From: Candidatus Latescibacterota bacterium
GTDB lineage: Bacteria > Latescibacterota > CBDEFO01
Length of the DNA stretch: 64,000 nt
Reading direction: 5' to 3'
Assembly (NCBI GenBank): GCA_965237525.1
Contig: CBDEFO010000008.1
Span: forward strand, 960,001 to 1,024,000
A program made the translations under genes and the position numbers. The notes under the pieces were generated by a model. It searched no databases and had not been told where the DNA came from. It saw only the letters and a list, made by a program, of their open reading frames with translations. Positions 52,993 through 62,152 of the stretch are shown here, one piece after another. Every line of letters starts with the position of its first letter. The first letter of the stretch is position 1.

Positions 52993-53015
52993 CCCCCAAT
53001 CGAATCTATTGGGGG
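52993..53015. repeat. Family-A hairpin between convergent genes
   Basis: CCCCCAAT-CGAATCT-ATTGGGGG followed by TCGG. Confidence 0.8.
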
Positions 53016-53103
53016 TCGGCGGTAGAGAGGGCACCGACTCCCGTGTCGGTATGCTATCCACTATTTCGGATTTCCAAAATCATCTCCAGGTTTTTCCCGC
53101 TAC

Positions 53104-53922
53104 TTAGATTCCTTGTTGAACCAAAGAATTCATGAATTCCAAGCAAATTCTTGCGCTTTCAGATGACATCTCATCTCGATCAACATACCAATCTTCCCAT
53201 TTTCCCTTAATCAGACGGTCACTAATATGACCAAACCAAACGCTTTTAATACCACCCATTTCGTGGCTTGTTGCCTCCTCCCCAACAAAGCGGCTGTGCC
53301 GCCCACAGACACCAGATGCAGCATAGAATGGTGTTGTCTCCATATTTATGATTTGAGCGCCTTTTTCCCGCCAGGTTGAAATTAGGCTCTCAGTTTCTCT
53401 GTATAGTGCATCTACAGTTGCAGCAGTAACTTGTTGTATATCACATGATAAGCTCTTCCCTACATTAACAACTAACTCTATCAATTCCGGGTCGGCCGCA
53501 ATTTCCTTCGAATCTGGACAATATATTTGACTTGTTCCGTCAGTTGGTAATGCTAATTTAGCAACAACCTGTTGTCCCTTAGGCAATCTTGGGTCGATGG
53601 CGCCAGCAGCTCCATAGCCGATCAGATATTTTACATCCAGATACGCTAATTCTTCCACCAGAATTGCCGCCTGTGGACCTGCCCCAACTAAACCAGTAAG
53701 GATTCCAACACGTCTATCCCCCACAATTACTTCATATACTTGTGACTCCCCTAAACCCAAAAAGATACTGTAGCCCAGCGGTTGTGCGTTAAATTCTTGG
53801 ACAAGCGGTTGTGAATTTTTAGGGCCCTGAAAGCATAAAATTGCCGCAAACCACTGTGGCAAAGGGTTACTTCCAAGACGGTTTTTAATAAGTGCTTCTG
53901 GTGTGATGTAGCGCATTGTCAC
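53104..53922 (-). CDS. Nucleoside phosphorylase (PNP/UDP family)
   Basis: G.GAAG, DGTS, TVDALYRET, NMET, ISD. Confidence 0.85.
   Translation of the reverse strand: MTMRYITPEALIKNRLGSNPLPQWFAAILCFQGPKNSQPLVQEFNAQPLGYSIFLGLGESQVYEVIVGDRRVGILTGLVGAGPQAAILVEELAYLDVKYLIGYGAAGAIDPRLPKGQQVVAKLALPTDGTSQIYCPDSKEIAADPELIELVVNVGKSLSCDIQQVTAATVDALYRETESLISTWREKGAQIINMETTPFYAASGVCGRHSRFVGEEATSHEMGGIKSVWFGHISDRLIKGKWEDWYVDRDEMSSESARICLEFMNSLVQQGI
53254..53304 (-). repeat. Family-B element in frame inside nucleoside phosphorylase
   Basis: GCGGCACAGCCGCT...AGGCAACAAGCCACGAAATGG, 51 nt, encodes ...EATSHEMG. Confidence 0.7.
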
Positions 53923-54005
53923 GGCTAAAACCCCTGACGCGATAAAGAATACTTTTTCTTGGCTTCCAGCTTCTCGTGTTTGTTAGACAGCAGGTGCGTG
54001 GATTC

Positions 54006-54918
54006 TTATAGATACTGTTCTAAGAAATCTCTGACACCATTTAGCATTGCTTCGACTAAATCTAATTCATACTCTGAAAAATTGCCGTGATCAGCACCAT
54101 TCCTGATGCCGTTCCGAACTTCTACCCTTTTCTGAGTAAGTCTATTGTAGACTTGAGCATCAGCAAGTTTATGGTTAAGAGAACTTATATCTTCTTTACT
54201 CTTGAGTTTAATACCGTTATTTTGTGCTATTTTTCTTAGTCCGTCTTCTAACCCGATTAATTCACAAACTTGGTGGAGTCATTGCGAGGAGCAAAGCGGT
54301 CCCCGATTGAGTCTATCGGGGAAGCAATCCCAAGGTTTTATAGTGGTCTCCTATGAGATCCGGAGAGTATTACATCTATCACAGAATCGAGATTGCTTCG
54401 CCTTCGGCTCGCAATGACACCGAAGGTGGTTAAACGGCATAACTATAATATAGTACAATCCCTTAATTAATACACGGCCTTTTTTTGTGAATTAATCGGG
54501 CTAATACTGCACCGATCAATGAAGCCGCAGGATCCTTATAACCTTGTTCTACCAAGTGCTCAGCCATTTCCAAAAAGTCTGTAAAAATATCTGCCGCGAC
54601 AAGAGTTTCTAATTTCTTAAGATAGCCGCCTTCAATATCTTCTTTTGCCGCTTTCAAAACGCCTTGACCTTGAAGTGCCTCTGAATACATAGCGTGCGTA
54701 GAGTTCTTTTGGAATAGTTGAAAATGGGTACTATCATCTCCGGATACGAAATCCAAAAAGGATAAAGCTCCTGCTTTCCAATGATAGAAGAGATCATCAT
54801 CAATAAAAGTACCTATAATTCCTTCACCTAATTGGTGCCTCGTTGATAATATCTTTTCTCCCATCTCTATCAATTGGTTTAGCCTATCTTTTAATTTTTC
54901 ATAAAACATGCAGATCAC
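54006..54918 (-). pseudogene. HEPN-domain (DUF4145-like) protein split by MITE
   Basis: Excising the MITE joins GAVL to EDGLRKIA...IRNGADHG...FLEQYL*; Rx4H motif. Confidence 0.82.
54251..54501. mobile_element. 251-bp MITE (copy 2), TA duplication
   Basis: IRs CCCGATTAATTCACAAA / TTTGTGAATTAATCGGG; TA at 54249-54250 and 54502-54503; family-A hairpin at 54300-54322. Confidence 0.9.
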
Positions 54919-54951
54919 CTCTTAGATAATAGGAGGGAAACCTCTGCAATC

Positions 54952-55593
54952 TCAAAAATCCTCCGTTAGTACATCAATATTCGCCTGGCGTATGTGACAG
55001 GTGTCATTGAGACTGCAAATCACATAACCGCCTTTAGTTCTCTCAAACTCATTCAAACAGCTATTGTCCTGGCGGATGAATGGGAATCGCTCAATGCCAA
55101 GACCCATTGCGCCAAGCACCAACAGCTTGTTTACGACACGGTGGGCAAAAAGAGCGACCGTCTGGTTCTGATGTCTCGATGCAAACTCCTCCATGGCTGA
55201 AAATGCCGTTTCGTATACTTCCTGGAGTGTATTTCCCCCGGGGACCCGCACTGATTCTGGATGGGATATCCACAGATTATGTTCCTTGAGCCATCGGCGG
55301 GCGACCTCGGATTCTTCGAGTCCTGTCCATTCACCGTAGTCAAAGTCGATCAAGCGTTCATCTATTACAGCGTCAATGCCTCGATTCTCAAGGACGATCT
55401 GAGCGGTTTTCTGTGCGCGTGACAGGGGACTGATGTAGGCCGCGTCGATTTGACGAGAACCGAGTGCCTTTGCCAGGAATTTCGCCTGTTTTTCTCCGTT
55501 TTCGTTCAAGGGAACATCATACGTACCGCGGAATATTTTCCCTCGATTCCAAGCGGTTTCTCCGTGCCGAATCAGAAGGATTGTAGCTGTCAC
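54952..55593 (-). CDS. Histidine phosphatase family protein
   Basis: LIRHGET, SPLSRA, YGEW.G motifs. Confidence 0.92.
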   Translation of the reverse strand: MTATILLIRHGETAWNRGKIFRGTYDVPLNENGEKQAKFLAKALGSRQIDAAYISPLSRAQKTAQIVLENRGIDAVIDERLIDFDYGEWTGLEESEVARRWLKEHNLWISHPESVRVPGGNTLQEVYETAFSAMEEFASRHQNQTVALFAHRVVNKLLVLGAMGLGIERFPFIRQDNSCLNEFERTKGGYVICSLNDTCHIRQANIDVLTEDF

Positions 55594-55675
55594 ATTTTCT
55601 CCCGAATTCTCATCTTATTACGGTTACTTCAATTCTAGCCAGCGCCACGAAACATATGACGCAGGCGGACGATTT

Positions 55676-56458
55676 TCACAAAGCGAATCTCTTCATCGGC
55701 TTATTCGGATCTACATCGTCATAGTAAAGGTCAAAACCTAATTCCTCAAAAATATCCTCAAATTGGGAAAATACGTTAGAAACCACTTCCTTTAAATGAG
55801 GTAAATTGTGACATTTCCCGTTGACCATGATCTCAATCAGTTCATCGAAGGTCTTCGCTTTAACTTTAAACTTTTTCGCTTGTGAAACGAATTGAGAAAA
55901 AGTTTTGTAAGGAGTTTGGTTTAAGAAGGATAATACCCTCAGCATGTGCAAAAACATGTCAAAAGTTAAAAGGGAAATACCTACTTTGTTTCTCTTTGTA
56001 ATTGCATTTAGGACTTTAGCCGTTGATTCTTGAACTTCATACCAACCTTGGGCGGCATGGTTTAAACATTTTTCCTTCAGGTTCTTAACTTTATATCTAT
56101 TCAAACTTTCAATGAATCTTTTATTGATTAACGGTAGTAAAGTATCGGAACCAGTGATATACCAATCTCCTGTTACCTCGCGGATTTGTTCTAAATATGT
56201 TTCTTTCGTTGTCCAGATAAGCTCAACCAATAGACCATCTCTAATTTTACCCATGCCGCCCATCTTTTTATTTTTCGGCATTTCCCGAACAAAGGCAATC
56301 AGCTCCAAGTCTGAATAATCGAAGTCCTCATTTCTGGCATAAGACGCCTGAGCAGCAAGAGCAAGTAAGTTTTTACCGAACTTCTTCTTAACCAAAAGGA
56401 TCATTTCTTTGATAACTTTTTCTCTGTCTTGGTGAGAATATTTTTTGAGACCTCTCAT
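55676..56458 (-). CDS. Kanamycin nucleotidyltransferase-like (ANT(4') type) protein
   Basis: SYAR.ED.DYSDLE nucleotidyltransferase motif plus helical C-domain. Confidence 0.72.
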   Translation of the reverse strand: MRGLKKYSHQDREKVIKEMILLVKKKFGKNLLALAAQASYARNEDFDYSDLELIAFVREMPKNKKMGGMGKIRDGLLVELIWTTKETYLEQIREVTGDWYITGSDTLLPLINKRFIESLNRYKVKNLKEKCLNHAAQGWYEVQESTAKVLNAITKRNKVGISLLTFDMFLHMLRVLSFLNQTPYKTFSQFVSQAKKFKVKAKTFDELIEIMVNGKCHNLPHLKEVVSNVFSQFEDIFEELGFDLYYDDVDPNKPMKRFAL

Positions 56459-56466
56459 AGATTTAA

Positions 56467-56552
56467 GCGGAATATTTTCTGTCGATTCCTTGCGATTTCT
56501 CCGTGCCGAATCAGAAGAATTACGGTATTCATATGTTCTCCCGAATTCTCAT
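56467..56552 (-). repeat. Diverged direct repeat of 55528-55613 (5' end of the phosphatase gene)
   Basis: Encodes MNTVILLIRHGEIARNRQKIFR vs MTATILLIRHGETAWNRGKIFR, with the same leader. Confidence 0.85.
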
Positions 56553-56620
56553 GTTAATCTAATAAGTTCATCTCAGTGAGCTGTGTCTGTCTCATACATA
56601 CATAAGGCTTAAAGATTCCT

Positions 56621-57697
56621 TCACCTAACTACATAGCGTCCCCCCATCTTGCTGGGCTGAATCAAGCCGTAGACCAGTATATTGACGTACAGTTCGTTTA
56701 TTATACAAGGTTTACCTGAGGTAAACGGCACTCCAGTTACTGCTATTAAACGTCCGTCAAACTCGAGACCGTACACCGGTTTCACTAGAGGGCATTTAGG
56801 AAACCCCTTAGGAGAGGTGTATTCAGTTATATCATAATAAGTGTGAAAGAGTGGATGTTCCAACCCTATCTTGATTGCTTGAAGTCGATCTCCGACCTTT
56901 CTTTGGATCTCTCTTCGTAGCACCTGAATCTGTCCACTGTTCACCACAGCAAACCCACCTTCCATCAGGTAACGAACCAGGCTCTCCGTTGATTCCACAT
57001 TGATGTACTCCAGAAGTAAGACCGAATACTCCTTCATCTCTGAATAGTGAAGTATATGTCTCTGGGGATAAGATTTGCAAACATCTACTTCATAAATTAG
57101 GGGCATTTTCCCAGACAAACTTTCGCCATATTTCAATGCCCTCAACAACTTTTCAAGTCTATTAGCTCCAGGGCCCCTATAGGCCGGAAGATGCAAATAG
57201 GCTTCTTTCAGTTTTCCTGTCTCCCGGTCGATCAAGATTACGTTATATCGGCGCCGCTCCGCACCCAACTGCACAGCATCCATCTCGGGCAGTTCCGCCT
57301 CATGCGTTGCAATATCCAGATCTATATCCACCGTATCCAGTTGGGTTTCCCACCTACCCTTCCCCTTTTCCCAACGCAATGGCAAGAATTCCTCTGCCAG
57401 AGGTTGTTCCGATACCGGAAGAGCTTCAAGCTTCATCTCCAAACTTTCTGCTTTTGGATAAAGAGGGACAACTTCTTCGCGCATGCGTTCCAATATCTGA
57501 CGGGGGATGGATATAGCCCGACGAGGTTCAAAGCGCTTGGGTTTCAGCTTGGGTCTTACAACTAACCGCGCACGGAAGAACTGCTGCTGGACCTCAGGGG
57601 GAATAAACAGGTCAATTAACCAGAACACGAGTATATGCAAGAGCGCTGCACAGACGAGGGATACTGCTACTCTTCGATGACTTGGACGTCTTCTCAT
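56621..57697 (-). CDS. Membrane-anchored protein with DUF4159-like C-terminal domain
   Basis: N-terminal TM with H; YLMEGGF, HPLFHTYYDI, GLEFDGRL. Confidence 0.65.
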   Translation of the reverse strand: MRRRPSHRRVAVSLVCAALLHILVFWLIDLFIPPEVQQQFFRARLVVRPKLKPKRFEPRRAISIPRQILERMREEVVPLYPKAESLEMKLEALPVSEQPLAEEFLPLRWEKGKGRWETQLDTVDIDLDIATHEAELPEMDAVQLGAERRRYNVILIDRETGKLKEAYLHLPAYRGPGANRLEKLLRALKYGESLSGKMPLIYEVDVCKSYPQRHILHYSEMKEYSVLLLEYINVESTESLVRYLMEGGFAVVNSGQIQVLRREIQRKVGDRLQAIKIGLEHPLFHTYYDITEYTSPKGFPKCPLVKPVYGLEFDGRLIAVTGVPFTSGKPCIINELYVNILVYGLIQPSKMGGRYVVR

Positions 57698-58208
57698 GCT
57701 ACTCGCGTCCTTATTAGCTGATACAGGAACTTAATGCCGACTGCAATAATCAAATCGCTGCAAGGGCTTGTATAAGCTTGTCGAGACAGTTCGGAGAATT
57801 GTCGAATAACCTTGGATGTACACATAATGATCTATAGAACAGCAAGACAGCATATCCACACTGTTGCAGATATGCATCACTCGACTTCAGCCCAGATTCT
57901 TCTGAGATAATCTACATCTTTCACCGCCCAATGCTCCAAGTTGGGAGGAAGCTCATCCGCTGTTTTATGTCGGGACTCCAAGAGTAGTAAAAAAGATAGC
58001 CGAATCTGCATCAAAGTGCAAGTATTTTCACCTGTGTGTCAGAGTCATTTCAGTTCTCAGTGGTCTTCTGATGCTTCCCCAGAAAACCTAATAGCGATTT
58101 CTCCATATCAAGGGATTTTACTTGACAATGGATAATTCTTGAGTATCATATTCCCAGATAGCCCGACAGGAGCAAGATCACACTATTTCAAAGTTATGGG
58201 ATGGAAGA

Positions 58209-59231
58209 ATGGTTAATATAGGAATCATCGGCATAGGATTTATGGGGGTTACGCACTACAAGGCGATACAGGAGATCCAGAATGCCCAGGTGTCGGCGAT
58301 CTGTACTCGTAATCCTAAGAAGCTTTCAGGCGATTGGAGGGACGTCAAGGGAAATTTTGGAGATAGCGGCGGCGTACAGGATCTGTCCGGGATAAATAAA
58401 TACTCGAAAGTGGACGACATTATCAACGATTCTGACGTGGACCTGATAGACATCTGTCTGCCGACCGACCTGCACTGTGACGCAACGATCGGCGCTCTGG
58501 AAGGTGGAAAGCACGTGCTTCTGGAGAAGCCGATCACCATCAATCTGAACGACGCCGATAGTATGGTGGAGGCGGCTCAAAAGTCGGGGAAAAAGTTCAT
58601 AGTGGCGCAGGTGTTGAGATTCTTTCCTGAGTTTGCGCTTGCAAAGAAGATTGTAGATAGCAAAGGGTACGGAAAGCTCCTGGGGGCGCACTTCAAGAGG
58701 ATTATATCCAGGCCCGATTGGATCCAAGATGTCGAATCCCCGATTGGATCGGGGAGGGCAGGCGGCGCAGGGATCGATCTCCACATACACGATTCGGACT
58801 TTGTGCGGTACCTCTTGGGAATGCCCAACTCGGTATCGTCTGCGGGCCTGATGACGAACGAAGATAGCGTAGACTATCTCGTTACGAATTACATCTATAA
58901 GGATCAGGACGTTACGATTACGTCTCAGTGCGGATGGATAGCCATGCCGGGCGTCCTGTTCGAGCACGGTTACGATGTCTATTTGGAAGACGCTACGTTG
59001 AGGTTCAATTCCTCCGGTCAGCCCCTGACTCTCTTCACAGCTGACGGGAAGGAGTGCACACCTGAAACCCCCACCGACGACGGCTTTATCGCGGAGATAC
59101 GATACGCTGTGGATTGTGTCCTGAACAATAAAGATCCGGAGATTCTATCTGGAAAGTCGGCGAGGGATTCTCTCTACCTGTGCCTGAAGGAGATGGAATC
59201 TGTCGCATCTGGGGTAGAGGTTCGTATATAA
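58209..59231 (+). CDS. Gfo/Idh/MocA oxidoreductase
   Basis: GIGFMG, GKHVLLEKP, DLHIHD. Confidence 0.93.
   Translation: MVNIGIIGIGFMGVTHYKAIQEIQNAQVSAICTRNPKKLSGDWRDVKGNFGDSGGVQDLSGINKYSKVDDIINDSDVDLIDICLPTDLHCDATIGALEGGKHVLLEKPITINLNDADSMVEAAQKSGKKFIVAQVLRFFPEFALAKKIVDSKGYGKLLGAHFKRIISRPDWIQDVESPIGSGRAGGAGIDLHIHDSDFVRYLLGMPNSVSSAGLMTNEDSVDYLVTNYIYKDQDVTITSQCGWIAMPGVLFEHGYDVYLEDATLRFNSSGQPLTLFTADGKECTPETPTDDGFIAEIRYAVDCVLNNKDPEILSGKSARDSLYLCLKEMESVASGVEVRI
58737..58755. repeat. Short-loop family-A hairpin inside Gfo/Idh/MocA gene (SPIGSG)
   Basis: TCCCCGAT-TGG-ATCGGGGA. Confidence 0.65.
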
Positions 59232-59233
59232 TC

Positions 59234-59377
59234 CTACTCTACGAGTTCAACGTCTTCATCGGTTGCGGGAACTATCTCCTCTGTGGGTCTTTCCTTCTCC
59301 GTTCGCCAGATGAGTCGAACCACCCAGATTGCTAAAAGAACCTCAAGGGCTATCACGACCCAGCCTAAGAGGGTCAC
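59234..59377 (-). CDS. 47-aa single-TM protein (absent from ORF track)
   Basis: AAGGAGG RBS, GTG start, MTLLGWVVIALEVLLAIWVVRLIW then acidic tail. Confidence 0.65.
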   Translation of the reverse strand: MTLLGWVVIALEVLLAIWVVRLIWRTEKERPTEEIVPATDEDVELVE

Positions 59378-59393
59378 CTTTACCTCCTTTTCA

Positions 59394-59419
59394 TCCCCGA
59401 TTAAATCGGGGGTCGGGGA
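59394..59419. repeat. Nested short-loop family-A hairpin supplying the permease stop codon
   Basis: TCCCCGAT-TAA-ATCGGGGG-TCGGGGA. Confidence 0.75.
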
Positions 59420-60756
59420 TTGGTTCTGAACACCTGTACCTCAGGCGTGGTGCCTTTGGCAAGGGCGTAGCGCATCCAGACGTAGTACACAAGTCCCGCT
59501 GCGAGCATAGAACTCAAAAGACCACTGAATATCTCGTTTGCGCCTATGTAGAATCCCACAAGAAAGCCGACTATCCACGCAAGGAACGCAGCGGGGTTCA
59601 CGTTCATATCCGCCCCATCTGCTCGTTCGTACCTCTCTCTGTTTTGTGGGAACGCCCAGTAGTCAAGGATGACAGTTATAGCTATCGGACCGACCACCCA
59701 GGCGAGGAACTGAACCCACCACATGAAGTATTTGTCCAGGCCTACAAAGCTGCCGATGAAGCCGACCGCGCCCACTCCGATGGTGGCGATCCTCCTTGTA
59801 AACTCCTGCCCTTTGATCATAGGTATCGGCGGTGCGGAGAAGGCCAGACCTGCTGCGTATGTACCGCCCTGCATAGTGGATTGCGCCCCCAACCACAGTG
59901 CCAGCCATGCCAAGAATCCCAGCCCCAGTGAACTCGCTATGAGGAATATGTTATATTCCCCCGTGTGCGCAGCACCGATGGCTCCACCCCAGTACTGCAC
60001 GGTCACGAGTCCCACGTAAGCGGTCATTATGCCCACAACGGCCTGTTTGGCGTTCTTCCAGAACCTGGCGAGATCTGCTATGATCGTAGCGCCTACGATC
60101 CAGCCCCCTGCGGCCATGTCAAAACCTATAAAGACGGGCTTGGCCGGATCGTACCATTTGTCCCACAGCGAGGGGAAGCCCCCCGCGGTTTTGATCGTGA
60201 TTGCGAGCACCACTACAAATATAACCAGAAAGCCGGGGGCTGCAAACCAGTTAATGTACGCTATCCAGCGGATGCGCATAGCAGCAGGGAGGATGAAAAG
60301 AGTTCCGATTACGATCGTGCAGATGAGCCACAGGGCCGAGCCGACCTCTGCTCCGGCCTCTTTCACAAAGCCGTCCCTCGTGATGTTGAGGATGACGGCA
60401 AACCAGCCCATGTTGGTCAGCCCCATAAGGACATTGGGGAGTATGACCCCTTTTCTGCCGTAGGTGTATCGGAATAAAAGAGCGCTGGAATATCCGGTCC
60501 TGGATGCTGCAGCCCCTACGAGGATGCCCACGATGGCGTTGCTGAGTGTGCCGAAGAATATTATCGGCATGGACATCTTCAGGGGAAAGACCTTTCCCAC
60601 CATCCCTCCCACAAGGAAGCTGGATAGGACCAGAACAAATCCCCACAGGACAAAGCAATTGTTCCAGAAACCGAGCCTCCGGGAAAGGGGAACTTTAGAT
60701 CTGGCGGCGTCACCTACTACAGCGCTTTCATTTACCTTTGCCTCTGAATCATCCAG
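59401..60756 (-). CDS. NCS1 / cytosine-purine permease family transporter
   Basis: Many TM segments, GWFAV, ADLARF; frame open to CTG at 60756 behind AAGGAG. Confidence 0.82.
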   Translation of the reverse strand: MDDSEAKVNESAVVGDAARSKVPLSRRLGFWNNCFVLWGFVLVLSSFLVGGMVGKVFPLKMSMPIIFFGTLSNAIVGILVGAAASRTGYSSALLFRYTYGRKGVILPNVLMGLTNMGWFAVILNITRDGFVKEAGAEVGSALWLICTIVIGTLFILPAAMRIRWIAYINWFAAPGFLVIFVVVLAITIKTAGGFPSLWDKWYDPAKPVFIGFDMAAGGWIVGATIIADLARFWKNAKQAVVGIMTAYVGLVTVQYWGGAIGAAHTGEYNIFLIASSLGLGFLAWLALWLGAQSTMQGGTYAAGLAFSAPPIPMIKGQEFTRRIATIGVGAVGFIGSFVGLDKYFMWWVQFLAWVVGPIAITVILDYWAFPQNRERYERADGADMNVNPAAFLAWIVGFLVGFYIGANEIFSGLLSSMLAAGLVYYVWMRYALAKGTTPEVQVFRTNPRPPI

Positions 60757-60903
60757 GATGCAGTCTCCTTTATCTTATATATCGCCTGCTATTTACCGCT
60801 ATGTTCAAGAAACTTTACAGCCTTCATGTTTTAAAAGATTCCTCAAAATACGAAAAAGTCCTTGAATATGCAACAAGATTTTTGTATCTTAATTAACTAA
60901 AGT

Positions 60904-60981
60904 CGGGGTGTAGCGCAGTCCGGTTAGCGTGCCTGCTTCGGGAGCAGGAGGTCGGCGGTTCAAATCCGCCCACCCCGACCA
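60904..60981 (+). tRNA. tRNA-Pro (CGG)
   Basis: Cloverleaf, anticodon arm CCTGC-TTCGGGA-GCAGG, GGTTCAAATCC, encoded CCA. Confidence 0.97.
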
Positions 60982-60986
60982 TTCTT

Positions 60987-61018
60987 AAACCCCACGAGTT
61001 CAATATCTCATGGGGTTT
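60987..61018 (+). terminator. Probable intrinsic terminator after tRNA
   Basis: AAACCCCACGAG...CTCATGGGGTTT. Confidence 0.55.
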
Positions 61019-61238
61019 CTATTTGAAGCAAGCGTTTTATATTCTGCTGACAATCTGGCGGCACAAATCAGTAAATCCAAATGGAACCGCAGCCACTATC
61101 AGTCCAAGGATCTTGACGTAACCCCAGGAACCGGACAGAAAACGTAGCTAATTCTATAATCATGCAAGATAAACATGTAAGAGTTCAAAAAAGAGCACAA
61201 AAGGGATGATCAGATAAGCTGTGCACGGCTTCCACCAT

Positions 61239-62027
61239 TCATATCTGTTCGTCACCCACTTCAGCGATCCACTTTCGGGTCCACTCTACCGCCTCTAAAT
61301 CAAGGTCACATATACAGCTTGCCAGAAATATCATCCCTTCAATTCGTCCCTCTTTCAGCCAGCTTAATCCAATGTCACACTGCATCTCCAACAGATCAAG
61401 GGGCATAGGACATTTGCCACCGTAATCCCACATGTAACAGCCAAGAATCTTGGCACAGTTAGGAGCCATCTTCTCAACTATGTCAAAGTTGCGTTCCAAA
61501 TTCTCCAGATTAGGGGCATTCCATGTCCAGAAGCTCACCTTATCGCAGAGCTCAAGGTGATGTTCGACTGGAAGTGCAAGCTGATAGTCGTAGAGAACCA
61601 CCCACAGGTCCAGCTTGAGCCCTGACTTAGTCAACTGGCTTCTTACGGTTTGAAGTTCATCCAGAGATAAGACACCGACCGCTCCAACATCCGACGAACT
61701 CTTGAAGAAGTCATCCATCATCACACCAGTGATATTCGGAAAACGAGTGGCCAATTCAAAGACGTGGGCTTTCTCCTCCTCTTGCGTCTTTCCACCGGCC
61801 CCGACAATAGACCAGACAATACGCTTTAGTGCCCTAAAAGGCACAGCATACTGGTCAAAGGGTGGTGAAGGTCTGTCACGAAAACTAACCATAATGAGAT
61901 TTTGCACGCCGAGGTAGAATGCGCCTTCTGTAGACGTTATGCGCGAACTTCCCGGAAGGTTATATCCAGAATTGTGACTTCCTGCATCGTGAGCCCAGAT
62001 CCAAAGCCTGTCTCGTACGCTTTCCAT
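61239..62027 (-). CDS. Hypothetical protein, possible TIM-barrel (glycoside-hydrolase-like)
   Basis: GVMMDDFF, VSFWTW, LGCYMWDY; AAGGAG RBS. Confidence 0.7.
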   Translation of the reverse strand: MESVRDRLWIWAHDAGSHNSGYNLPGSSRITSTEGAFYLGVQNLIMVSFRDRPSPPFDQYAVPFRALKRIVWSIVGAGGKTQEEEKAHVFELATRFPNITGVMMDDFFKSSSDVGAVGVLSLDELQTVRSQLTKSGLKLDLWVVLYDYQLALPVEHHLELCDKVSFWTWNAPNLENLERNFDIVEKMAPNCAKILGCYMWDYGGKCPMPLDLLEMQCDIGLSWLKEGRIEGMIFLASCICDLDLEAVEWTRKWIAEVGDEQI

Positions 62028-62152
62028 ATACTCTCCTTAGGGTTTCACCAACAGTCGAGAAATCTATGACGTTCGCTGAAGCGGAAACACATATTGCAGA
62101 ATCTCAGGAAGAAGGGCAAGGTACTGAAGAAGTTGCTACAACGCAGAACGAC

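Noticed and set aside
55528..56552. Diversity-generating retroelement TR/VR pair
   Set aside because: Repeat covers a gene 5' end, differences are not confined to adenines, and no reverse transcriptase is present
53104..57697. Integron cassette array (co-oriented accessory genes, GTCTAAC on the minus strand near 53985)
   Set aside because: No complete paired attC sites could be built and no integron integrase is present
60904..61240. tRNA-anchored genomic island
   Set aside because: No integrase and no duplicate of the tRNA 3' end seen in the window
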